Below, one piece after another: positions 30,983 through 38,616 of a stretch of 44,281 nucleotides of DNA (its first letter is position 1; each line of letters starts with the position of its first letter). Below the pieces are notes generated by a model. It saw only the letters and a program-made list of their open reading frames with translations, made no database searches and was not told the DNA's origin. Where the stretch lies: assembly GCA_028276205.1 (NCBI GenBank), contig JAPYWU010000001.1:1-44281 (forward strand), read 5' to 3'. The translations under genes and the position numbers were made by a program. Source of the DNA: Dictyoglomaceae bacterium (GTDB lineage: Bacteria > Dictyoglomota > Dictyoglomia > Dictyoglomales > Dictyoglomaceae).

Positions 30983-32325
30983 AAAAAGGAATTATCATAT
31001 TAATATTGTTAGGTATAATTTTAAGCATTTCTTTTGGAAACTCTTTAGGGGTTAAAAACGATGAAACCATTTATGTGCTTCTTGGATCTGATGGTAAAGC
31101 TAAAAGGGTAGATCTTGTAAATTGGATTAGTATAGAAGGAAAGGGTAATTTTAATATCATAAAAGATGGAAGATATATTAAAAATGTAAAATTGTATACT
31201 GATGATGTAAAAATGAAAGTGGAAAAGGGAAACATAGTGGTTTTTGGAGAATCTTCTGAGTATAAGAATGTATATTTAACAGGAGAAGTTAATAAAAAGG
31301 TTCCTTTAGATTTTAAGATTACTTATTATTATAATGGAAAATTAGTACAACCGAGGGATTTTTTAGGAAAATCTGGAGATTTAGATATAGAGATCTATAT
31401 GAAGCCTAATGAAGATATTCCTTTAAGGGTAGTAATGTCTACTGAGTTTTCTGCAGATGATTTTGTGCTAAAGAATCCTAATGATTTTATGATAATGGTA
31501 TTGGGGAAAACAGTCAGGCTTACAGGTTTTACCTATTCTATTCCTGATGCAAAATTAAAGCTTTCTTTAAGAGGCAAAAAATTAAAGATACCTGGTATTA
31601 CTTTTACTGCTCTTCCATCCCTTCCCCCTGTTGATTTATCAATGAAAGATCAACTCTATTCTTTTAATGAAGGAATTGAAGGTTTTCTTTTGCTTAATCA
31701 AGCTCATCAAAAGATTCTTAAAGGAATTCTTGAAGGTATAGAGAAAAATACTCCAACTATTCCCCAAGAATATCTTACTTTGCCTTTTACCCTTATGGCA
31801 AATCAGAATAAAGCCTATTTAATATCAAAAAATTTGAAAGAGTATCCTAAAAGCTTTAATAATTTATATGAATATATAAAAGAAAAGGCAGAAAGTAGTA
31901 GTGACGAAGATTGGAAAAAGGCATTAATGATGGCAGAAGAGGTAAAGAAAGAGATAAAGACTAATAGTTTCTCAGATGATATAAAGAATATAGGAGATTT
32001 TATTGGAGATCTTGCTTTTCAAAGTAAAAAGGCTATGGATATGATAGGTACATCTTTACAAGGAATTCAGAATATTGAGAATATGTTAAATATAATGCTT
32101 TATGGGGGAGAGATAGAAGGTAAAAAACTTCCTGGACTTTCTGATGTGGAGAAAAATTTAAAGACAATAAAAGAGAAGATAAGATCAAATCTTTCTCTTT
32201 TAGAAAAAGGAGAAGAAAAGATAAATTCTTGGAAGAAAAGGTTGGAAAATTATGTCTTTGCAGGAGAAATACCCAATGCAAAATCATCAGTTAGATTCTA
32301 TTTTAGGCTTAACGAAATAAAATAA
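30979..32325 (+). CDS. Secreted partner of the MMPL transporter (hypothetical)
   Basis: Signal peptide; K.DET.YV.L...G N-terminal motif and GKSG...I; helical C-terminal half; ATGA overlap with the MMPL gene. Confidence 0.65.
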   Translation: MKKGIIILILLGIILSISFGNSLGVKNDETIYVLLGSDGKAKRVDLVNWISIEGKGNFNIIKDGRYIKNVKLYTDDVKMKVEKGNIVVFGESSEYKNVYLTGEVNKKVPLDFKITYYYNGKLVQPRDFLGKSGDLDIEIYMKPNEDIPLRVVMSTEFSADDFVLKNPNDFMIMVLGKTVRLTGFTYSIPDAKLKLSLRGKKLKIPGITFTALPSLPPVDLSMKDQLYSFNEGIEGFLLLNQAHQKILKGILEGIEKNTPTIPQEYLTLPFTLMANQNKAYLISKNLKEYPKSFNNLYEYIKEKAESSSDEDWKKALMMAEEVKKEIKTNSFSDDIKNIGDFIGDLAFQSKKAMDMIGTSLQGIQNIENMLNIMLYGGEIEGKKLPGLSDVEKNLKTIKEKIRSNLSLLEKGEEKINSWKKRLENYVFAGEIPNAKSSVRFYFRLNEIK

Positions 32326-32781
32326 TTAAAAGACTATATCGCTGAATAAGGTAAGTATTGTTACAATACAACTTGCAAATATAACACCTGTAGCTATGGC
32401 AAAAAAGGCTTCTTTGAAATTTAAGCCTAAGACTCTTGCTAATATAGCACCAGTAAAAGCTCCTGTCCCGGGAAGAGGAATTCCTATAAAAATGGCTAAT
32501 GAAAAAATTAGACCAGAAGGATATATCTTTAATTTTCTTAATTTACTCTTTAAAAATCTTTCATAATAGCTTTTTAAGGGCTCTCTACTTGTGAGAGCCC
32601 TACTTATAAAATCAATATTAAAATATACTGCTACACCCATTAATGTATTCCCCAAAAAGCTTATTAAAAAGGATTCCCAAGGAGAAAGCCCATTATATAT
32701 TCCATAGGGAATAGATATTCTGCATTCTCCAATGGGTGTTATTGAAAGAATAAAAACCCTTAGAATTAATCTTAGGTTCAT
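32326..32781 (-). CDS. Small multi-drug export family protein (COG2426)
   Basis: S..P..E.R.SIP.G and F.GIPLPGTGA.TG motifs. Confidence 0.88.
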   Translation of the reverse strand: MNLRLILRVFILSITPIGECRISIPYGIYNGLSPWESFLISFLGNTLMGVAVYFNIDFISRALTSREPLKSYYERFLKSKLRKLKIYPSGLIFSLAIFIGIPLPGTGAFTGAILARVLGLNFKEAFFAIATGVIFASCIVTILTLFSDIVF

Positions 32782-33890
32782 ATATTAAGTTCCTCCCATG
32801 TTCCGTAAGTTACTGGAGATTTATCATTTTGGGCTATAAATAATTTTCTTTCTCTTGGTAAATAAATAATACTTTGTAAAGTTAATCTTGTACTTACACT
32901 TTTAAGAATTTCCTTTGCATATTCCACATCTATATTATTAACTTCTTCTATTTTTCCTCTTATTATTTTCTCCCTTTCTTTTGTATCTATCTGTTGAACA
33001 TAAGATCCATCTTTAAGAGGAATTGGCATTTCTTCAACAAGCTTTGACTCTTGTTCTGATAGCATTTCAGGATGCTGATAATGATTTGTAGCTATTAACA
33101 ATCCATTATATCTTAGATCCCTTATGCGTTTCATCTTTGGACTTATCTCAAGAATGACCGCATTATCTTTATCTGAGATAAGTACATTTAATCCCTGAAA
33201 AGTATATGGAGCATTCTTTAAAGCGTCATCTAAGTTATTGGAATATTGAATTATTTTGCGGGTTAGAAGGAATTCTGGAGCTCCCATTTCTTTTCTTCTA
33301 CTTTGGGATACATTTATTGAAACAAAGAGATTGTCTGATATACCAGTATAAGATCCAACAAGAGCAGGCCAAGAGATAGATATAAAGGGATTTCCTTCTT
33401 CTGGATAATATTTAAAAATAATAGTACATAATGGAAGTTCATCTATGAATACGCCATAATCAAGATTTCTTCCTATAATTAAATTTCCATCTTTATTTCT
33501 CAAAACAAAGGATGAACAGCTTTTTCTCATACTTTTACCAACATAGTAAGTTGATATTTCATCAGTAAGATTGAAAAGAAGAATTTTTTCATAAGGTACA
33601 TGACTGGCATCAGAAATTCCCTTCATTTCTTCAAAAAATTCCTTGGCTTCTGGATAACTATTAAGTATCTTTTTCTCAAAATCTTTTGCGGTTTTAAGCA
33701 TCAATCTATAAATTATTTTCCCTTTTATCTTTCCTTGAAAAAGACATACTAAATCCTCAAAATTATTATTAAAATACTGAATTTCATCTTTAAGCGCTAT
33801 ACCATGCTGATAACCTATTTCATAAGGTTTACCTCTAAGTTCTATTACCCTTATACTTTCTTTTTGGGGAAAAACCTTTGATTTACTCAT
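32778..33890 (-). CDS. C45-family autoproteolytic Ntn-hydrolase/acyltransferase
   Basis: G.PYEIG.QHG, EM.GI, catalytic C-SSF, GRNLD and TNHY motifs. Confidence 0.85.
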   Translation of the reverse strand: MSKSKVFPQKESIRVIELRGKPYEIGYQHGIALKDEIQYFNNNFEDLVCLFQGKIKGKIIYRLMLKTAKDFEKKILNSYPEAKEFFEEMKGISDASHVPYEKILLFNLTDEISTYYVGKSMRKSCSSFVLRNKDGNLIIGRNLDYGVFIDELPLCTIIFKYYPEEGNPFISISWPALVGSYTGISDNLFVSINVSQSRRKEMGAPEFLLTRKIIQYSNNLDDALKNAPYTFQGLNVLISDKDNAVILEISPKMKRIRDLRYNGLLIATNHYQHPEMLSEQESKLVEEMPIPLKDGSYVQQIDTKEREKIIRGKIEEVNNIDVEYAKEILKSVSTRLTLQSIIYLPRERKLFIAQNDKSPVTYGTWEELNI

Positions 33891-33896
33891 ATTTTA

Positions 33897-33925
33897 ATTA
33901 TATTTTTATAAAATAAAATTTTCAA
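33897..33925 (-). promoter_or_regulatory. Promoter of the C45 gene (leaderless geometry)
   Basis: Minus strand TTGAAA (33925-33920), 17-nt spacer, TATAAT (33902-33897), 6 nt, then ATG. Confidence 0.7.
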
Positions 33926-33940
33926 GGAAAAGATAAAAAT

Positions 33941-33969
33941 AAAAAAGTGGCAGGGAATTTCTCCCTGCC
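33941..33969 (-). terminator. Intrinsic terminator of the short propeller lipoprotein gene
   Basis: GGCAGGGA-5 nt-TCCCTGCC stem with an A run on the plus strand (U tract on minus). Confidence 0.85.
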
Positions 33970-34004
33970 CCTTATCAATTAATTTTCATTTAATTATCAA
34001 TTAT

Positions 34005-35297
34005 TTACTTTTTCAAAAATCCATGTGGAAACATTTTATCAAAAGGACTTCCAAATGGCTTTTCCATACTCTTTAATGCCCCTGACACTCCTTGTGTAGG
34101 TGGATATGGTCCTGTATTACCTTCAGAATCCATTTTTATTATGTAAACATCAGCATATCCTGCTCCAAAAGATTCTGTTGATCCTGCAACAATATATCCT
34201 CCATCTTTTGTCTGCTGTATGGAAGATGCCCAATCCCATTCAGTTCCACCATAAGTTTTCTCCCATACTTTATTACCATTTTCATCAAGCTTTATTACAT
34301 AAACATCCTCATATCCTGCTCCAAAAGAATTTGTATATCCTGCAACAATATATCCTCCATCTTTTGTTTGCTGAATGGACCATGCGTCATCATCATTACT
34401 TTCGCCAAAAGTTTTCTCCCACAATTTAGTACCATTTGCATCAAGCTTTATTATGTAAACATCCAAAGATCCTGCTCCAAAAGAATATGTTCCTCCTGCC
34501 ACAATATATCCACCATCAGTTGTCTGTTGGATGGAATTTGCCCAATCATCACCACTTCCGCCATATGTTTTCTCCCAAACCTTATTTCCATTTGCATCAA
34601 GCTTTATTATGTAAACATCCAAAGATCCTGCTCCAAAAGACTTTGTCCATCCTGCAACAATATATCCACCATCCTTAGTCTGCTTTATAACTGCTATCTC
34701 ATCATCACTTCCACCGTATGTTTTCTTCCACAATTCATTCCCATTTGCATCAAGCTTTATTACATAAACATCTAAACCTCCTGCTCCAAAAGAAGATGTA
34801 TATCCTGCAACAATATATCCACCATCTTTTGTTTGCTGAATGGACCATGCTCCATCATCATCACTTCCACCATATGTTTTCTCCCAAACCATTTTTCCAT
34901 CTGCATCAAGCTTTATTAAGTAAACATCAGCATATCCTGCTCCAAAAGAATTTGTCCTTCCAGCAACTATATACCCACCATCAGTTGTCTGCTGTATGGA
35001 ATATGCCCTATCATCATCACTTCCACCATATGTTTTCTCCCAAACCATATTCCCATTTTCATCAAGCTTTATTAAGTAAACATCATAACCTCCTGCTCCA
35101 AAAGATTCTGTTGATCCTGCCACAATATATCCTCCATCTTTTGTTTGCTGAATGGACCATGCTACATCATCACCACCTCCACCATATGTTTTTTGCCAAA
35201 CAGTTTGTGTAGATGGTGTAGGGCTTTGTTTTGTACATCCAGAGATTAAAAAGGAAAAAAGGAGAAGGACTAAAGAAAGAGTAATAACTTTTTTCAT
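34005..35297 (-). CDS. Lipoprotein with seven ~52-aa repeats (predicted 7-bladed beta-propeller)
   Basis: Lipobox LISG-C21; repeats WEKTYGG...SIQQT.DGGYIVAG.T.SFGAG..DVY.IKLD..GN; 36-aa tail. Confidence 0.9.
   Translation of the reverse strand: MKKVITLSLVLLLFSFLISGCTKQSPTPSTQTVWQKTYGGGGDDVAWSIQQTKDGGYIVAGSTESFGAGGYDVYLIKLDENGNMVWEKTYGGSDDDRAYSIQQTTDGGYIVAGRTNSFGAGYADVYLIKLDADGKMVWEKTYGGSDDDGAWSIQQTKDGGYIVAGYTSSFGAGGLDVYVIKLDANGNELWKKTYGGSDDEIAVIKQTKDGGYIVAGWTKSFGAGSLDVYIIKLDANGNKVWEKTYGGSGDDWANSIQQTTDGGYIVAGGTYSFGAGSLDVYIIKLDANGTKLWEKTFGESNDDDAWSIQQTKDGGYIVAGYTNSFGAGYEDVYVIKLDENGNKVWEKTYGGTEWDWASSIQQTKDGGYIVAGSTESFGAGYADVYIIKMDSEGNTGPYPPTQGVSGALKSMEKPFGSPFDKMFPHGFLKK
34116..35198 (-). repeat. 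Seven tandem ~156-bp coding repeats
   Basis: Recurring plus-strand blocks such as catcaagctttatta, cctgctccaaaaga and acaatatatcc(t/a)ccatc. Confidence 0.95.
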
Positions 35298-35498
35298 AAG
35301 CTTTCTTTAACCTCCTTTTTAAAACAAATTGGGAGAAATAGGTACGATGAGAGGTTTGAATTGTGGTTTGTCCTTAATAGTGAACCTTAATTTCATCCTT
35401 TTTTCAATTTTTATTCTAAATATTTTTTAAAAAAAATCAATCATCATTTTTATTTTTATATCACAATTTTATTTGCTTAACACGCAAAAAATTTAAAT

Positions 35499-35528
35499 AA
35501 AAAAAGGGCAGGGAATTTCTCCCTGCTC
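35499..35528 (-). terminator. Intrinsic terminator of the long lipoprotein gene (near copy of 33941-33969)
   Basis: GCAGGGA-atttc-TCCCTGC stem with an A run; 1558 bp from its twin. Confidence 0.85.
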
Positions 35529-35562
35529 CTTATCAATTAATTTTCATTTAATTATCAATTAT

Positions 35563-38346
35563 TTATTTTTTCAAAAATTCATGAGGAAACATTTTATCAA
35601 AAGGACTTCCAAATGGCTTATCCATATTCTTTAAAGCTCCAGATACTCCTTGTATTGGTGGATATGGTCCCGTATTACCACATATATCCATTCTTATTAC
35701 ATAAACATCATATCCTCTTGCTCCAAAGGAATTTATCAATCCTGCAACAATATATCCACCATCACTTGTCTGCTGTATAGAATTTAACATAATAACATCA
35801 GAACTTCCACCGTATGTTTTCTCCCACACTTTATTACCATTTTCATCAAGCTTTATTACGTAAACATCAGATCCTCCTGCTCCAAAAGAATTTGTATAAC
35901 CTGCTACAATATATCCACCATCATTTGTCTGCTGAATAGAGTATGCTTCATCCCACTTACTTCCACCAAAAATTTTCTCCCACACTTTATTACCATTTTC
36001 ACCAAGCTTTATTATGTAAACATCATATCCTCCTGCTCCAAAAGAATTTGTATAACCTGCCACAATATATCTTCCATCAGTTGTCTGTTGAATGGAATAT
36101 GCTCTATCCTCGCTACTTCCACCATAAATTTTCTCCCACACTTTATTTCCATCTGCATCAAGCTTTATGATGTAAACATCAGATCCTCCTGCCCCAAAAG
36201 AATATGTATAACCTGCCACAATATATCCTCCATCATTTGTCTGCTGTATGGAATATGCCCCATCACTACTACTTCCACCATAAATTTTCTCCCACACTTT
36301 ATTTCCATCTGCATCAAGCTTTATGATGTAAACATCAGATCCTCCTGCTCCAAAAGAATTTGTTACTCCTGCAACAATATATCCACCATCATTTGTCTGC
36401 TGAATAGAACTTGCTCCATCCCACTCACTTCCACCATATGTTTTTTGCCAAACTTCTATTCCTCCTGAAACCTCTACCTCTATACTTGTACTTCCTGTAT
36501 GATTTAAGTTATCATATGCTATTACTGTTATTTTATGATTCTTGTTTGCATATTGAGTAGTATCCCAGTCATATGTATATGGATATTCTGTATCTATTTT
36601 TACCAAAATGTCATCAATGTAAAATTCAACCTTTTGAATTCCACTTGGAGCCTTTTGTATTATCTTCTTGGCTGGAGAAACCTTATCAACTACATTAGCT
36701 TCTATTGTTACTATTCCAGAAACTGTATCTCCATGTTTGAGATTTGCAATAGATACTTGTGGTGCTTGTGTATCTCCTATGGTAACTTTAATCTTTGTGC
36801 TTACACCTATATTATCAGCATAATCATAAGCTTTTGCCTGTATTGTATGGGTTGAATTATATTGGAGAACATCTGTATTCCAAACATACTCATAAGGACT
36901 CTCTAAATCATCTCCTACTTTTTCACCATCAATGTAAAATTCTACCTTTCTTACTCCTATATTGTCTGTAGCACTTGCCTGAATCACTATAACTCCTGAA
37001 ACTACTTGTCCATATACAAGATTTGTGATAGAAACTTGGGGTGGAATTGTGTCATCCGTATTTGATACTGTAACTTGAATTACATTACTTATTCCTACAT
37101 TACCCGCCTTGTCATAAGCTTTTGCTTGTAAATAATGAGTTGCATTTGAATATTTTTTTGTATCCCAGCTATATTCATATGGGGATATTAGATCCTCTCC
37201 TACTTTAATTCCATCAATATAAAACTCAACCTTTTGAATTCCACTTGGAGCCTTTTGTACTGTCTTCTTCGCTGGAGAAATCCTTTCAATTACATTTGCC
37301 TGTATCGCTATAGTCCCAATAACTACTGCCCCATTTTGTGGATTTGTAATTGTTACTTGAGGAGCTTGAATATCTCCTATGGTAACCTGAACAATATCAC
37401 TTTCTCCTATGTTCCCAGCTTTATCATATGCTTTTGCCTGTATTGTATGTGTAGAATTATATGGGAGAACGTCTGTATTCCAAACGTATTCATATAGGCT
37501 GGTAGTGTCTTCTCCTACCTTATTGCCATCAATATAAAACTCAACTTTAGTTACTCCTATATTGTCGCTTGCATTTGCTTGAATTGTTACTGTTCCAAAT
37601 AAAGTTTGTCCATTCTCTGGAAATAATATTGTAACTTGCGGTGGTGTTGTGTCTGGCGTATTCTGAATTTTTACTTGAACAATATTACTTTCTCCTATAT
37701 TCCCAGCAAAATCAAATGCCTTTGCTTGTATTGTATGATCTCCATTTGGATAAAGATTTGTATTCCAGATGTATTCATATGGGGGTGTTAGATCATCTGC
37801 TACCTTATTACCATCAATGTAAAATTCAACCTTTTGAATTCCACTTGGAACCTTTTGTACTGTTTTCTTTGCTGGTGAAATCTTATCAAATACACTTACT
37901 TGTATTGTTATTATTCCATTAACAACTGAACCATTCGTTGGATTTGTAATTATCACTTCTGGAATTTGTGTATCTCCTATAATAACCTGAACTTGATTAC
38001 TTATTCCTACATTTCCAGCATTGTCATAAGCTTTTACTTGAATTATATGTGTTGAATTATATTGAAGTGTATCTGTATCCCAAATGTACTCATATGGACT
38101 TACCGCATCCTCACCTACTTTACTTCCATCAATGTAAAACTCTACTTTTTTTACTCCCACATTATCTGTTACACTTACTTGTATTTTTACTGATCCTGAT
38201 ACAACTTGTCCATTCTTTGGAGAGGTTATTGTGACCTGTGGTGGTGTTGTATCTTGTGTAGATGGTGTAGTACTTTGTTTTGTACATCCAGAGATTAATA
38301 AGGAAAACAAAGCAAGGATTAAAATTAGCTTTATGGCTTTTCTCAC
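35563..38346 (-). CDS. Lipoprotein with six bacterial Ig-like domains plus five propeller repeats; GTG start
   Basis: Lipobox LISG-C21; DT.PP.V.I..P.NG...KVEFYIDG...PY.Y.W.T...H.I.A.AYD.AGN Ig units; the same blade repeats and tail as 34005-35297. Confidence 0.9.
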   Translation of the reverse strand: MRKAIKLILILALFSLLISGCTKQSTTPSTQDTTPPQVTITSPKNGQVVSGSVKIQVSVTDNVGVKKVEFYIDGSKVGEDAVSPYEYIWDTDTLQYNSTHIIQVKAYDNAGNVGISNQVQVIIGDTQIPEVIITNPTNGSVVNGIITIQVSVFDKISPAKKTVQKVPSGIQKVEFYIDGNKVADDLTPPYEYIWNTNLYPNGDHTIQAKAFDFAGNIGESNIVQVKIQNTPDTTPPQVTILFPENGQTLFGTVTIQANASDNIGVTKVEFYIDGNKVGEDTTSLYEYVWNTDVLPYNSTHTIQAKAYDKAGNIGESDIVQVTIGDIQAPQVTITNPQNGAVVIGTIAIQANVIERISPAKKTVQKAPSGIQKVEFYIDGIKVGEDLISPYEYSWDTKKYSNATHYLQAKAYDKAGNVGISNVIQVTVSNTDDTIPPQVSITNLVYGQVVSGVIVIQASATDNIGVRKVEFYIDGEKVGDDLESPYEYVWNTDVLQYNSTHTIQAKAYDYADNIGVSTKIKVTIGDTQAPQVSIANLKHGDTVSGIVTIEANVVDKVSPAKKIIQKAPSGIQKVEFYIDDILVKIDTEYPYTYDWDTTQYANKNHKITVIAYDNLNHTGSTSIEVEVSGGIEVWQKTYGGSEWDGASSIQQTNDGGYIVAGVTNSFGAGGSDVYIIKLDADGNKVWEKIYGGSSSDGAYSIQQTNDGGYIVAGYTYSFGAGGSDVYIIKLDADGNKVWEKIYGGSSEDRAYSIQQTTDGRYIVAGYTNSFGAGGYDVYIIKLGENGNKVWEKIFGGSKWDEAYSIQQTNDGGYIVAGYTNSFGAGGSDVYVIKLDENGNKVWEKTYGGSSDVIMLNSIQQTSDGGYIVAGLINSFGARGYDVYVIRMDICGNTGPYPPIQGVSGALKNMDKPFGSPFDKMFPHEFLKK
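35674..36450 (-). repeat. Five tandem ~156-bp blade repeats
   Basis: Same repeat unit as 34116-35198; the first two units are nearly identical in DNA. Confidence 0.95.
36466..38253 (-). repeat. Three ~600-bp tandem repeats, each encoding an Ig-domain pair
   Basis: cttttgaattccacttgga occurs at 36631, 37231 and 37831. Confidence 0.9.
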
Positions 38347-38378
38347 AAATCATCCCCCTTTCTCAAATAACTACCCTT

Positions 38379-38387
38379 ATTATATCA
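38379..38387 (-). promoter_or_regulatory. Extended -10 for the long lipoprotein gene
   Basis: TGaTATAAT on the minus strand, about 32 nt upstream of GTG; SD AAGGGGG. Confidence 0.55.
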
Positions 38388-38574
38388 TTTTCTATTCTCT
38401 TTAATACTACAAATCACAAGGTCCTCTTCATATCTTCTAAAGATAAATCTCTTTACAGTGGTAATTATTATATTTTTCCATACTAATAGATCAGATTTTA
38501 AATAGATATTAATCAATCAGATGAAAGTCCTTAAAAAGGCAAAAGAGAAATTTTTTAGGGTAACTTTTTTAAAA

Positions 38575-38583
38575 TGTTATAAT
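38575..38583 (+). promoter_or_regulatory. Extended -10 for the DUF2207-xfp operon
   Basis: TGtTATAAT about 33 nt upstream of ATG 38617. Confidence 0.55.
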
Positions 38584-38616
38584 TATCTAAAAAATTTATA
38601 CATTTTAGGAGGAGAT

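Noticed and set aside
35338-35360. Minus-strand ATCGTACCTAT after an AT-rich stretch, reminiscent of the 5' half of some type I-B CRISPR repeats
   Set aside because: Single ~11-nt match, no ATTGAAAC end, no second copy and no cas genes
35319-35396. 25-codon minus-strand ORF MKLRFTIKDKPQFKPLIVPISPNLF upstream of the short lipoprotein
   Set aside because: No properly spaced SD and no recognisable features; likely chance
34116-36450. CRISPR array or DGR template/variable-repeat pair
   Set aside because: The repeats are in-frame 156-bp coding units without unique spacers. There is no reverse transcriptase or non-coding template in the window, and the variable codons differ at all three positions rather than in an AAY-to-NNY pattern.
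34100-38486. Many plus-strand ORFs with repeated His/Leu/Ile/Cys-rich translations
   Set aside because: Antisense shadows of the repetitive lipoprotein genes
38521-38616. Longer N-termini given by the ORF track (also 4457, 6616, 22169, 22723)
   Set aside because: Downstream starts have proper SD, promoter spacing or signal peptides (38617, 4472, 6649, 22193, 22738)
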